DNA of 64,000 nt, taken from positions 64,001-128,000 of the forward strand of contig JASMDC010000002.1 in NCBI GenBank assembly GCA_030753015.1. Direction: 5' to 3'. Source of the DNA: Candidatus Undinarchaeales archaeon (GTDB taxonomy: Archaea > SpSt-1190 > JASMDC01). Shown here one piece after another: positions 52,766 through 61,779 of the stretch (position 1 is its first letter; the number at the start of each line of letters is the position of its first letter). The notes beneath the pieces were generated by a model. That model searched no databases, had not been told where the DNA came from, and saw only the letters and a program-made list of their open reading frames with translations. Position numbers and translations under genes: made by a program.

Positions 52766-53731
52766 ATGATGAGCAAGGCTTGGGACTACCGGCTCGAACG
52801 GCGGACGATCAAGGGCATCCGGGTGTACCGGGTGGTGATGGAAGGCATACCCGAGCGGACCTACATCATCGACGAGCAGTACGGCAGGGAGATGCTATTC
52901 AAGCCGTGGCTGGTCGGTGAGCCGCTCCAGGCCACCTCGCTCGAGGCCATGAAGAACGCGCTCAAGGTCGCGGCCGAGCTCGTCCCCCTCAACGACACGC
53001 CCCAGGGCGAGGTCGTCGAGGTCATCCTCCTCAGCGGGGGACTGTATTATCATATAGAGCGTGCCTTTCAGAAGGTGTTCGGCGAGCAATTGCCTATCAA
53101 CTTCCTGGGCGTCAAGCGGCATCCAGTGGGCGACGATGGTGACTTCACCGCCGAGGTCACCTACAAGAACTTCGAGGCCATGCCCGAGACGGGACACATC
53201 CATCTCCTGACCGGCGATACGGTCGCCACGGGCAGCTCTGTCGAGGCCGCCTACGCTGCCATCCTTGAGGACTTCCAGCAACGGCCCGGGCTCAAGTGGG
53301 CATCGGCCAGCATGTTCAGCCTCGGCGGCTCAGGCCAGAGCCTCAAGCTGTTCAAGCGGCTAGAGGACCGTATCCGTGAGGTATACCCCGCCTTCCACAT
53401 GAACGTGTTCTACTCGACCGCTGCAATGGACATGAAGAAGGACGGTACGACCCTTTCTTTCCTCGGCCCCCACGCGGTGCACAGCGCTGACCTGCGCGAG
53501 GAGGTCATCGAGGCCCTGGGCCCCTACGTGGCCGAGCGCCAGTGCCGTATCGGTGACTGGGGGAACCGCAACAAGAATCCCAGCGGGTACATCGAGGAGC
53601 TCGAGGGCGAGGTCGAGCAGTTGGCTGCCGGCAGCCCGGACGCACGTTCGCGTGAGGTCATCGACCAGATGCGCGAGCAGCTGGCGCTCATGAAGCAGCG
53701 CCTGGCCAGGTCCCTCAACTGCCGCTACTGA
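52766..53731 (+). CDS. Type I phosphoribosyltransferase-like protein
   Basis: ILLSGG and the LLTGDTVATGSS PRPP-binding loop. Confidence 0.65.
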   Translation: MMSKAWDYRLERRTIKGIRVYRVVMEGIPERTYIIDEQYGREMLFKPWLVGEPLQATSLEAMKNALKVAAELVPLNDTPQGEVVEVILLSGGLYYHIERAFQKVFGEQLPINFLGVKRHPVGDDGDFTAEVTYKNFEAMPETGHIHLLTGDTVATGSSVEAAYAAILEDFQQRPGLKWASASMFSLGGSGQSLKLFKRLEDRIREVYPAFHMNVFYSTAAMDMKKDGTTLSFLGPHAVHSADLREEVIEALGPYVAERQCRIGDWGNRNKNPSGYIEELEGEVEQLAAGSPDARSREVIDQMREQLALMKQRLARSLNCRY

Positions 53732-53751
53732 ACCTGCAACGAAGGGGATCC

Positions 53752-54243
53752 TTAGCGGACCTCGACATCGAGCTCAGGATTCGCCTCGGCGAACTTCTTT
53801 CGGAAGGCGTCGGAGTCGAAGGTGACGGTCCGGGGCTCCGCGTCCAGGTCGACGTTGTAGTAGAAGAGGTGCGAGCCCTGTTCGATGTGATGGATGGCAG
53901 GGAACAGTAGGAGCGCACCAACGCCCATGAGCGGGAGAGGGAGGGAGCTAGTTCCGTCACCCAAGGATCCGAAACCAAGGGCGATCATGAGCACAGAGCC
54001 GGCCAGGTACGGGGCAGCGGCGACCAGTCTGGCCTTCCGCGCTTTTCCCATGCAGTCGCTACAGACATGGGTCGTCGCCCATAGGGACTGGCCCCTACTT
54101 GCGGCCTTTCGGTCCTTTCCCTCGGCCCGGGATTCCGCGACTGGCTCCGCCTCCCAGCGGTTCTCCTCCTTATATAGCGTCGCGTCCTCTTCTGTCGCGC
54201 CGCATCCGATGCAGGCCGTGGGCCATTTCGCTTTCAACGCCAT
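53752..54243 (-). CDS. Hypothetical membrane protein with CxxC pairs
   Basis: CIGCG...CSDC followed by two TM helices. Confidence 0.6.
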   Translation of the reverse strand: MALKAKWPTACIGCGATEEDATLYKEENRWEAEPVAESRAEGKDRKAASRGQSLWATTHVCSDCMGKARKARLVAAAPYLAGSVLMIALGFGSLGDGTSSLPLPLMGVGALLLFPAIHHIEQGSHLFYYNVDLDAEPRTVTFDSDAFRKKFAEANPELDVEVR

Positions 54244-54313
54244 GTGACCATCCTCATTAAGAGTACCCCCCCGAAGAGTATGTTATAAAAACCATTTCGG
54301 ACCGAGCCCTTGC

Positions 54314-54439
54314 ATGAAGGTTGTAGCTTTCAACGGAAGCGCCCAGAAGGACGGCAACACCGCCATCCTCATCAACATGGTGCTGGACGAGCTCTAGAAG
54401 GAAGGGATCGAGACCGAGCTGGTGCAGCTTGCTGAGTAG
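54314..54439 (+). pseudogene. Truncated flavodoxin-family (iron-sulfur flavoprotein) remnant
   Basis: [40 protein letters not shown]; TAG at 54395 and 54437. Confidence 0.8.
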
Positions 54440-54468
54440 TCGAGGGTCCAGCGGGGAGCGGATGTACG

Positions 54469-55821
54469 TCATGCAGGGGGCAGAAGTTCGTCCCCTTTGT
54501 TCTCCTCCTCGTAATCGAGGAAGACAGCGATCTCCTCGGCCAGTCCCGTGATGGTGCCCCTGTCCTCGCCGAAGGCGATGATCTCGATGGGGGCCTTCTC
54601 CCCCTCCTTCCCGGCCTTGCGGTAACGGATGACCAGACCGAACTCACGGTTGCTGTGTCGCTCCTTGGCGAAGTACTTGCCAACCCACTCCTCGTCGGAC
54701 TCCCAGCGCTCGGCTATGGGCTCCAGCACACTGCACCGCTCCTTGAGCCCGTCGATGACGGGGTTCTGCTCCTGAGTGCTCTTCCTGCGCCGTGTCACCG
54801 TCTCCATGTGCCCGAGCTTCTCATCGAACTCCTCTTCGGATATGGCGGTCTTCACCATGAACGAGCAGAGGCAGGGGACCGGCACCTCCTTAAGGGGAAC
54901 GGTGACGCGCTCCCCGCGCCTGTCAAGGTAGGTGACCGTCCCGTGGATGTTCCCCGTCACACGCTGGATGGGGATGAGCCGGAACACCGCTGTCATCCGC
55001 TCCTCGGCCTCGACATCGCCCATCTCCAGCGGGAGCACAGCAGGCTCCTTCACCTTGAGATGCTCAGGGACCTCCAAGTGCACCTCTACCTTCCGGATGG
55101 CGAAGGTGGAGTGGTTGAGCACGGTGAGCGTGAGCTTGACTTGGCCGCTCTCGAGAGCGATGTCCCGCAGCAGCTCCACCCGCTCCTCACCGAGAGTATG
55201 CCGCTTGGCGAGCTTCAGAGCACCCCAGCCCATCCCGGCCAGGGCCACAAGGGCCATCAGGATCTCCTTCCACTTCAGCAGCTCGTCGGCCTTCTTGACC
55301 ACGTCGACGGGCGCTTGGCTATCGTTCGACGTGCCATAGCTTCCCTGCGGGGGGACGGTCCACTCCTGTCCGGTCCTGGAACACGTCGTGCACTCCTTCC
55401 AGTCGGCGGTCGTGCAGTTGGCGGGATCGTCCTTGGTGCAGGAATAGAGCTTGTCGATCATCGTCGGGAAAGAGATTATAACATCTCCAGGCGCGAACTG
55501 GTCCACGAGCACTTGCCATCCAGCTTGCGGTATACCGACGAAATGATCCTTGCCTCTGGAGACGACCTTCATCCCGGTCAGGTCGAGATCGATACCGTTT
55601 GTCACGGTCATGTCCCTGAGCTTAAGGACGATCCGTGCGTCCTGATGCTCCAGCTCCAGCAGGTACCCGCTCCCAGCGCCCAGTTCGGAGAATGTGCCGA
55701 TGAGCCGCTTTGTACCGTCCGGGAAGAACACCGTCCCGCTCCACGTGTGATGGAGCTTCATGTAGAAGTTGACATGCTGTGCCTGGCCGATGGAGATGAT
55801 GATGGCAAGGACTATGAACAT
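54469..55821 (-). CDS. Single-pass membrane protein with cytoplasmic Ig-sandwich plus platform (adaptin-ear-like) domain
   Basis: Signal peptide, Cys-containing ectodomain, TM (ILMALVALAGMGWGAL), then LTVLNHS..IRKVEV...G.V...FRLIP...IHGTVTYLD...ISEEEF; start uncertain. Confidence 0.65.
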   Translation of the reverse strand: MFIVLAIIISIGQAQHVNFYMKLHHTWSGTVFFPDGTKRLIGTFSELGAGSGYLLELEHQDARIVLKLRDMTVTNGIDLDLTGMKVVSRGKDHFVGIPQAGWQVLVDQFAPGDVIISFPTMIDKLYSCTKDDPANCTTADWKECTTCSRTGQEWTVPPQGSYGTSNDSQAPVDVVKKADELLKWKEILMALVALAGMGWGALKLAKRHTLGEERVELLRDIALESGQVKLTLTVLNHSTFAIRKVEVHLEVPEHLKVKEPAVLPLEMGDVEAEERMTAVFRLIPIQRVTGNIHGTVTYLDRRGERVTVPLKEVPVPCLCSFMVKTAISEEEFDEKLGHMETVTRRRKSTQEQNPVIDGLKERCSVLEPIAERWESDEEWVGKYFAKERHSNREFGLVIRYRKAGKEGEKAPIEIIAFGEDRGTITGLAEEIAVFLDYEEENKGDELLPPA

Positions 55822-55947
55822 GAACGCGACACGTGCATGCCTTCCCACACCTTGGCGTCCGCCACTGCCAATTAATAAAGGTTCTTTTTGTTGTCCGGAT
55901 GACCTCATTGAGGTACTCGTATGAAAGAAAAAAGGAGGCGTTCATCG

Positions 55948-56436
55948 ATGTTGGTACCGACATTACTGATGGGAGCACTCGCGCTCGTGCTCCTCTACAT
56001 AGGTCATTCAAGAGGGGAGGGTCAGCATCTCACCGGTCTGAGGGCGGGCCTAGATATGACGGTGCAGGTCATGCCCCTCCTGATAGCAGCGTTCGTCGTG
56101 GCAGGGATGGTCCAGGTGCCCGATGAGCTCGTAACGGAATGGGTGGGAGCGGAATCCGGTCCAAAGGGGATACTCGTCGGCTCTGCCGCCGGAGCGCTCG
56201 CTCCCGGAGGACCTTATGTGAGCTTCCCACTTGCGGCCGGTTTTCTCAAAGCAGGAGCCAGCGTGGGGACCATGGTCGCGTTCGTGACGGTGTGGTCGCT
56301 CTGGTCGGTCCACCGCCTGCCGATGGAAGTGGGTATCCTCGGATGGAAGTTCACGCTCGTCCACATGGCCAGCACGATCCTATTCCCTCCGATTGCCGGT
56401 CTCATCGCACACACTTTCTTTTCGGGAGCGACGTGA
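55948..56436 (+). CDS. Predicted permease (DUF318/ArsP-like half)
   Basis: WVGAESG.KG, PGGPYVSFPLA and RLPMEVGILGWKF. Confidence 0.8.
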   Translation: MLVPTLLMGALALVLLYIGHSRGEGQHLTGLRAGLDMTVQVMPLLIAAFVVAGMVQVPDELVTEWVGAESGPKGILVGSAAGALAPGGPYVSFPLAAGFLKAGASVGTMVAFVTVWSLWSVHRLPMEVGILGWKFTLVHMASTILFPPIAGLIAHTFFSGAT

Positions 56437-56491
56437 ACGGGATACTTTGACACCTTACGCTTACTTGCTATTATGGATACGTCACCCGGTC

Positions 56492-58090
56492 TCATCCTAC
56501 CGCGATATTCCTCCCCGTTATGCGGTGGAACGTGTACCGGGTCTCTCCTTCCACATAGCTCCGATAGGGTTCTGTATTGAACATCATACGAAGCAGTTCG
56601 CACCGCTGTGCCAGGTAGGGTTTCCAGTCCAGGCAGGTGTAGTCCTCGAAGAATAGGATGCAGTCGGTCCGTCCGAACAGCTCTTCCTGGACCGGGAGGA
56701 GCTGGATGAACTCATCTAGGTCGACGACCTCGAGCTCGGTGGTGGACCTCAGGATGACAGGCCAGTTCGCAACGATCACGCATCCGGGAGGAAGTTCCTG
56801 TTCCGCCTGCTCCGGTATCCTCGTCTCGAGCGCAAGGGTGGATTGCGAGTATGTCATCGATCCGAACATCGTGTAGGGAATGTAGATATGGACGGCGAGA
56901 ACCGATGCGAGGATGAGAGCACACCATCGCGTCCATGATCGTGTGAGCAATCCCGAGAGCGCGTCAGCTACGTGAACCGCTCCTGCCGCCGCGTAGATGG
57001 CGATGAATGGATAGAGGCCCATATAGAACCGGTCCCTCCCCGCCAGGGTCTGGAACCAGGATGTGAAGTAGACCAGCCACAGGACGACGAACCCGGTCAT
57101 GAGGAACAGGCTCTCGCGTCGTCTCCTGGTCGTCAGTCCGATCACGCCGATGGCCGCTAGAGCCGATACGATCATCGGATGGTAGACGCCACCGAATAGC
57201 TCCGGAGCGTAGTCCCGGGAGTTATTGAAGAGGTTGGAAAGGCTCCAGTTGCTCCCTGTCATGCGTCCGTCACTATCGCTCTCGATCCAGTTCGTGTACA
57301 CGTTGTCCTCCAGTACCTGCGCGAGGTTGGGGAGGACGAGGAGCAACATGATGAAACCCTGCACCATATGACCCGAGCCGAGCATGCGCTTTCCACTGCT
57401 GCCGAGAATGGCCCGACCGAGGGGGAACAGGACGATAAGGACATGGTTCTCGGGCCGGAACTGGGTCGTGAAGGCGATGCTCATCCAGGCGAGCCATGCT
57501 ACAGAGGTCCTTTCCGTCCGGTAGGAGATCATGAAGAAAACGAGCGTCAGGAGCATGAAGAAGAGAGAGGATGCGTTGCTCGCAGCCGTGGCGGACCACC
57601 TAACGTGCGGTGGGTAGAGCGATAACACCACTGCGGCCACCAGTGCCAGGTCGGTGCGGTCGGTAGCGAGGTAGGCGAGGAGGAAGAGGGGGACGACGGA
57701 TAGCGTTCCAAGTAGTATCGAGGTGTTGATCGCCACCCAGTTCGACGTTCCGAAGAGGGCGAACGCCAGCCTGAGCACGAACGGCCATCCCACCGACAGG
57801 ATCAGCTCGCCCTGGCGGCCCGTCCGCAGCATCTCCTTGCCGGCCTCCATGTACTGCGCTTCGTCCACGTAGATCACGTGCTGGTGAGGGGGGATTGTCA
57901 GCCTGATCCATAACGTGGCGAGGATAACTACCGCCAGAAGTGACCATGTCCCCCGACCGATCCGTCCGAACTGACATGAGATGGACCGACGTGCAGAGAA
58001 TAGTGCTGTTAGGAACAGAAAGAAGGCGATGAGGGCCGAATCGGGTATCAACGGCCGCAGTAGGTCGTTGAGGAGGTGGATTATCGCCAT
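56492..58090 (-). CDS. GT-C fold glycosyltransferase (PMT/ArnT family 39-like)
   Basis: YVDEAQY luminal motif, about 12 TM helices, RPEN and RFY. Confidence 0.82.
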   Translation of the reverse strand: MAIIHLLNDLLRPLIPDSALIAFFLFLTALFSARRSISCQFGRIGRGTWSLLAVVILATLWIRLTIPPHQHVIYVDEAQYMEAGKEMLRTGRQGELILSVGWPFVLRLAFALFGTSNWVAINTSILLGTLSVVPLFLLAYLATDRTDLALVAAVVLSLYPPHVRWSATAASNASSLFFMLLTLVFFMISYRTERTSVAWLAWMSIAFTTQFRPENHVLIVLFPLGRAILGSSGKRMLGSGHMVQGFIMLLLVLPNLAQVLEDNVYTNWIESDSDGRMTGSNWSLSNLFNNSRDYAPELFGGVYHPMIVSALAAIGVIGLTTRRRRESLFLMTGFVVLWLVYFTSWFQTLAGRDRFYMGLYPFIAIYAAAGAVHVADALSGLLTRSWTRWCALILASVLAVHIYIPYTMFGSMTYSQSTLALETRIPEQAEQELPPGCVIVANWPVILRSTTELEVVDLDEFIQLLPVQEELFGRTDCILFFEDYTCLDWKPYLAQRCELLRMMFNTEPYRSYVEGETRYTFHRITGRNIAVG

Positions 58091-58239
58091 CCCGTGGCGA
58101 TCATCCCGTCAGGATTTAATAAGGTTGAGGATTCATGCTCCTTCGGAGCTCGGTGACGAACACCCGTGCAGCTTTACAGATCTGGAGGATTAGCGTGGTC
58201 AGGAACAGATAACTCACACAGAATGGAGCGTTTCCCGTC

Positions 58240-58725
58240 CTAGGAATAGACCCCGAATACCTTGCACATGACAACACCTTCCACATCGTCACGGCACTCT
58301 CTAGTGCCGACAAGAGCCTTCCTCGACTCCTCCTTGTACCTGTCCACGACCTTGTTCGCTTCTAGGCTGTCGAATGGGTGCATGGACGCTCCGTTGTGCA
58401 CGCGCTCCGGTGTGCCGTAGCCATAATCATTCATCTTGGACACGAAAGCATCAAGCCCGGTCTCGTCCCCTTGGTAGTGCACGCGCAGGCCTTGGCTGTC
58501 CACTACGGGCTCGAAGCCGATCGATCGGCTCAGCGATTCGTACTTTTCTTCGAACTTGTAGGGGAACGCTATGCGTTCATCGGACCCACAGGTCCTGCCC
58601 GCGATGTCAGTGACGTCATCGAGGAAGTTCGCTCCCCCGTGCAGGTACGTGATGTCCTTGTGAGAACTGTCGGATAATGTACCGTGCTCATGTTCGTGCA
58701 TCACGTACTCGAGGATAATGTCCAT
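58240..58725 (-). CDS. Hypothetical protein
   Basis: 161-aa ORF with host-like codon use; no recognised motif. Confidence 0.5.
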   Translation of the reverse strand: MDIILEYVMHEHEHGTLSDSSHKDITYLHGGANFLDDVTDIAGRTCGSDERIAFPYKFEEKYESLSRSIGFEPVVDSQGLRVHYQGDETGLDAFVSKMNDYGYGTPERVHNGASMHPFDSLEANKVVDRYKEESRKALVGTRECRDDVEGVVMCKVFGVYS

Positions 58726-58877
58726 GCATCATCGAAAGTTCGGTATAACTAAAAAAGAATTAGAATCCCCGTGGTGGTGAAATCAAGAATTGGACTCACC
58801 CACCCCCGGTATTTAAATACACCCGACATTTTTTAAGTCATCTATCAAGGTTCTACAGATCATCCCGAGGTAACAAA

Positions 58878-60128
58878 ATGTCATTTGAAGAGCTAAATCT
58901 CATTGAGCCGCTTCAGCGGGCGGTGACCAAGGAAGGATACACCATACCCACGCCCATACAGGAGCAGGCCATACCCCACCTGATGAATGGCCGGGATCTG
59001 ATCGGTATCGCCCAGACGGGCACGGGCAAGACCGCGGCTTTCGTGCTGCCCATCCTTCAGAAACTGTCTGAAGAGCACTGGGTCCCCGTTCCGGGATCTC
59101 CCCGGGTGCTCGTGCTCGCGCCTACACGAGAGCTCGCTGCACAGATCGATGAGAGCTTTGGCACCTATGGCCGGTTCCTCAAATTCAGGCACACGGTCGT
59201 GTTCGGCGGAGTCAAGCAGGGGCAACAGGTAAGGGCCCTTTCCCGGGGTGTCGACATCCTCGTGGCCACACCAGGACGGCTTCTCGACCTGATGAACCAG
59301 GGCTATATCAGGCTGAACGGCGTCGAGTACTTCGTGCTTGATGAGGTGGACAGGATGCTCGACATGGGGTTCATCAATGACGTCCGCAAAATCGTCTCGA
59401 AGTTCCACCGCTTACGTCAATCACAATGCTACTCGGCCACCATGTCAACGAGGATAAGTGAGCTAGTCAAAAGTTTCCTCGCCGATCCGGTCCGTGTGGA
59501 AGTGACCCCACAGGCAACCACGCTGGATAGTGTTGACCAGTGCGTCTTCTTCGTGGATCGCGGCTCAAAGGATGCATTGCTGCTCGAGCTGATCCGTCAG
59601 CGACACGTGACATCCGCCCTGGTGTTCACCCGCACAAAACACGGGGCAAACAAGGTGGCCCGAGTGCTCACCAAGCACGGGATCGAGGCCGATGCCATCC
59701 ACGGAAACAAGACACAGAATCGACGAACTCAGGCGATGAACAATTTCAAATCGGGCCGCATTCAGGTTCTCGTTGCCACCGACATCGCTGCACGCGGCAT
59801 CGACGTCGAAGACATCTCACACGTCATCAACTATAATCTCCCTAATGAGTCCGAGGTCTACATTCACCGCATCGGTCGTACAGCGCGGGCAGGTGCGTCA
59901 GGCATGGCCCTTTCCCTGTGCTCGGCGGAGGAACGCGACTTACTGCGTGATATCGAGCGGCTCACACGGGTGAAGATGACGCTCGTGGACCACAAGTATC
60001 ATTCCGACCGTGCAATGAACGCGTTCGGACAAGCCGCGCGACCGCCCCCGAGGCCATCCCGCGGCCCCCCGAGACGGTTCAGGGGCTCCTTCCGGTCGGG
60101 ATCCTTGAAGAAGTACAGGACATACTAG
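58878..60128 (+). CDS. DEAD-box RNA helicase (RhlE-like)
   Basis: PTPIQ, AQTGTGKT, PTRELA, TPGRL, DEVD, SAT, ARGID and HRIGRTARAG. Confidence 0.95.
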   Translation: MSFEELNLIEPLQRAVTKEGYTIPTPIQEQAIPHLMNGRDLIGIAQTGTGKTAAFVLPILQKLSEEHWVPVPGSPRVLVLAPTRELAAQIDESFGTYGRFLKFRHTVVFGGVKQGQQVRALSRGVDILVATPGRLLDLMNQGYIRLNGVEYFVLDEVDRMLDMGFINDVRKIVSKFHRLRQSQCYSATMSTRISELVKSFLADPVRVEVTPQATTLDSVDQCVFFVDRGSKDALLLELIRQRHVTSALVFTRTKHGANKVARVLTKHGIEADAIHGNKTQNRRTQAMNNFKSGRIQVLVATDIAARGIDVEDISHVINYNLPNESEVYIHRIGRTARAGASGMALSLCSAEERDLLRDIERLTRVKMTLVDHKYHSDRAMNAFGQAARPPPRPSRGPPRRFRGSFRSGSLKKYRTY

Positions 60129-60178
60129 GTCCGGTGACACCAGCCCTCGACATCCTGGATAGCAAAGTAGCTGAGCGT

Positions 60179-60240
60179 TCACACTAGCACTGTGAAGATA
60201 GGGCCGATGCCGGGAATGGAGGAAAGAATGGCGTTAATTT
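60179..60240 (-). mobile_element. Possible IS110-family transposase scar
   Basis: Minus frame reads INAILSSIPGIGPIFTVLV*, like the L.SIPGIG motif of IS110 transposases; only about 20 codons. Confidence 0.3.
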
Positions 60241-60452
60241 GTGGTATAATTTAAATAGCGCCTTATTTAGAAGAATTTACAGGATATTATTTATCTAGAG
60301 ATATAATGGGCGCCAGAACGTTTTATTTATTTCGCTATAGGCTCGTTTGAATAACGCCCAGAATGGAGTTCTCCTGCTAACGTAACAGTATTTCCCTGAT
60401 CTCAACCTACGCGCACGCGGGTTGCCGTGCGAAGCGACCGGAAGGAATCGTA

Positions 60453-61544
60453 CTACTCATCGAACAACAGGTAGTCCGGCTCTATCACGGAGAAGTAATC
60501 GTCCTTCTTGTGCTTCAGTGCCTTTATGCTGTCGTTGATTGCACCGAGGCTCACCTTCTGCTGATCGATGTGGTAGGTGTTCTTCTCCATCAGGACGATG
60601 GTCTCGGTCAATCCAATTGCACCGATGAACCTCTCCCTGAGGTGACTGCTCCACTCCACGCGGTCCTCGGTTTGGTAGAAAACCTCGAAGAGCAGGTAGT
60701 TGAACCTCCCCTCGCAGATGTGGAATGCCATTGGGATGTGCGGGTCGTTCTTCAGGAACCGCAGTACGTCCTTCTTGTTCTTCCTGATCTCCACCTTGGT
60801 GATCTGGAGCACGCAGCCGGGTGGGACGATGAAGCTGTGGAACCTGCAGACCGGTTCAAGGATCGTCTTCTCCTTCAACATCATATCGATGCGCCTTCTG
60901 ATCGTCTTCTTGTGCATCTCCAGTGTCCTGGCAAGGACGGTCTCGTTGATCCCGATGCCCTCTCCCTTCAACACCGATTCGAGGATGTCTACGTGCATCT
61001 CGGTGAGCTGAATACCATTCAGTATGACTTTCTCTCCTCTTTCGACGTGCTGCTTCAGTACCTTTATCCCTTCGCTGGGCTCGTACTTCACGATCAGCTG
61101 GTTCGAGTAGAAATGGGCCTCTGAGGGGGTTCGGATGTCCCTTGGGGGGATCCTTCCGCTGGTGACGAGATGCTCCCTCCATAGCTGGTAGTTGAGTATG
61201 TCCTTCTGGAATTGTATCAGAAGGGTGTTGAAGCTTCCCTGCCTGATCTTGAACGCGGCAAAGATGTGTTTGTCCTTCCTCATCCACTCGAGGACATCCT
61301 CGGTGGGCGGGAGGTCCGCCAGGATGATGATCAACAGCGGGTGCGCCTTGTACTGCCTGAAGAACGGGAAGATGGGCGGATTGATGATCTTGCTCTCCAG
61401 GAGCTCATTGACCCTTACCTTGATCGTATTCCTGTGCTTCTTCAGCTTTCTGGAGAGATAGCTCAGGTTGATGAACAGCCCGGTTCCGCTGCAGATCTCC
61501 TTCAGGATCCTGAGGTTGACCTCGTCCATCAACAATCTCGTCAT
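60453..61544 (-). CDS. Transcriptional regulator with two tandem Lrp/AsnC-like (wHTH + RAM) units
   Basis: Internal duplication LRILKEI..G.G..IN...LSRKL.KH.NTI..RV / VDILESV..GEG..IN...LARTL.MH.KTI.RRI; G.FN in both halves. Confidence 0.75.
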   Translation of the reverse strand: MTRLLMDEVNLRILKEICSGTGLFINLSYLSRKLKKHRNTIKVRVNELLESKIINPPIFPFFRQYKAHPLLIIILADLPPTEDVLEWMRKDKHIFAAFKIRQGSFNTLLIQFQKDILNYQLWREHLVTSGRIPPRDIRTPSEAHFYSNQLIVKYEPSEGIKVLKQHVERGEKVILNGIQLTEMHVDILESVLKGEGIGINETVLARTLEMHKKTIRRRIDMMLKEKTILEPVCRFHSFIVPPGCVLQITKVEIRKNKKDVLRFLKNDPHIPMAFHICEGRFNYLLFEVFYQTEDRVEWSSHLRERFIGAIGLTETIVLMEKNTYHIDQQKVSLGAINDSIKALKHKKDDYFSVIEPDYLLFDE

Positions 61545-61779
61545 ACATTCCTGATGATATTGCGAGGTATTAATACTTTTACTTGTCTCGCGTATTAATT
61601 CCGCTAATTTTTATGTTAGTAGTTATCATGGCCAAATTAGATATAATAACTTACTATTGCGCCGTATTTTACCAATTAACATAACATTTAATAGTATTAT
61701 TTGATAAAAAATCTAGAAATAGTGTAAATATAGTATAAATAGAAATGAGGGCTTCATATTACCAGGATCGTGCATCCGG

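Noticed and set aside
54395-54439. Pyrrolysine or amber recoding of the flavoprotein TAG codons
   Set aside because: Homology stops after the second TAG, TAG is a normal stop in many genes here, and no pyl genes are in the window
54655-55875. Long antisense ORFs in the track (e.g. 54655-55875, 28249-29373, 20549-21451, 11849-12748)
   Set aside because: Shadow frames opposite better-supported genes, as expected from GC-rich codon bias
58137-58149. GCTC-CTTCGG-AGC UUCG hairpin
   Set aside because: Isolated 13-nt hairpin with no larger recognisable structure; likely a terminator or chance
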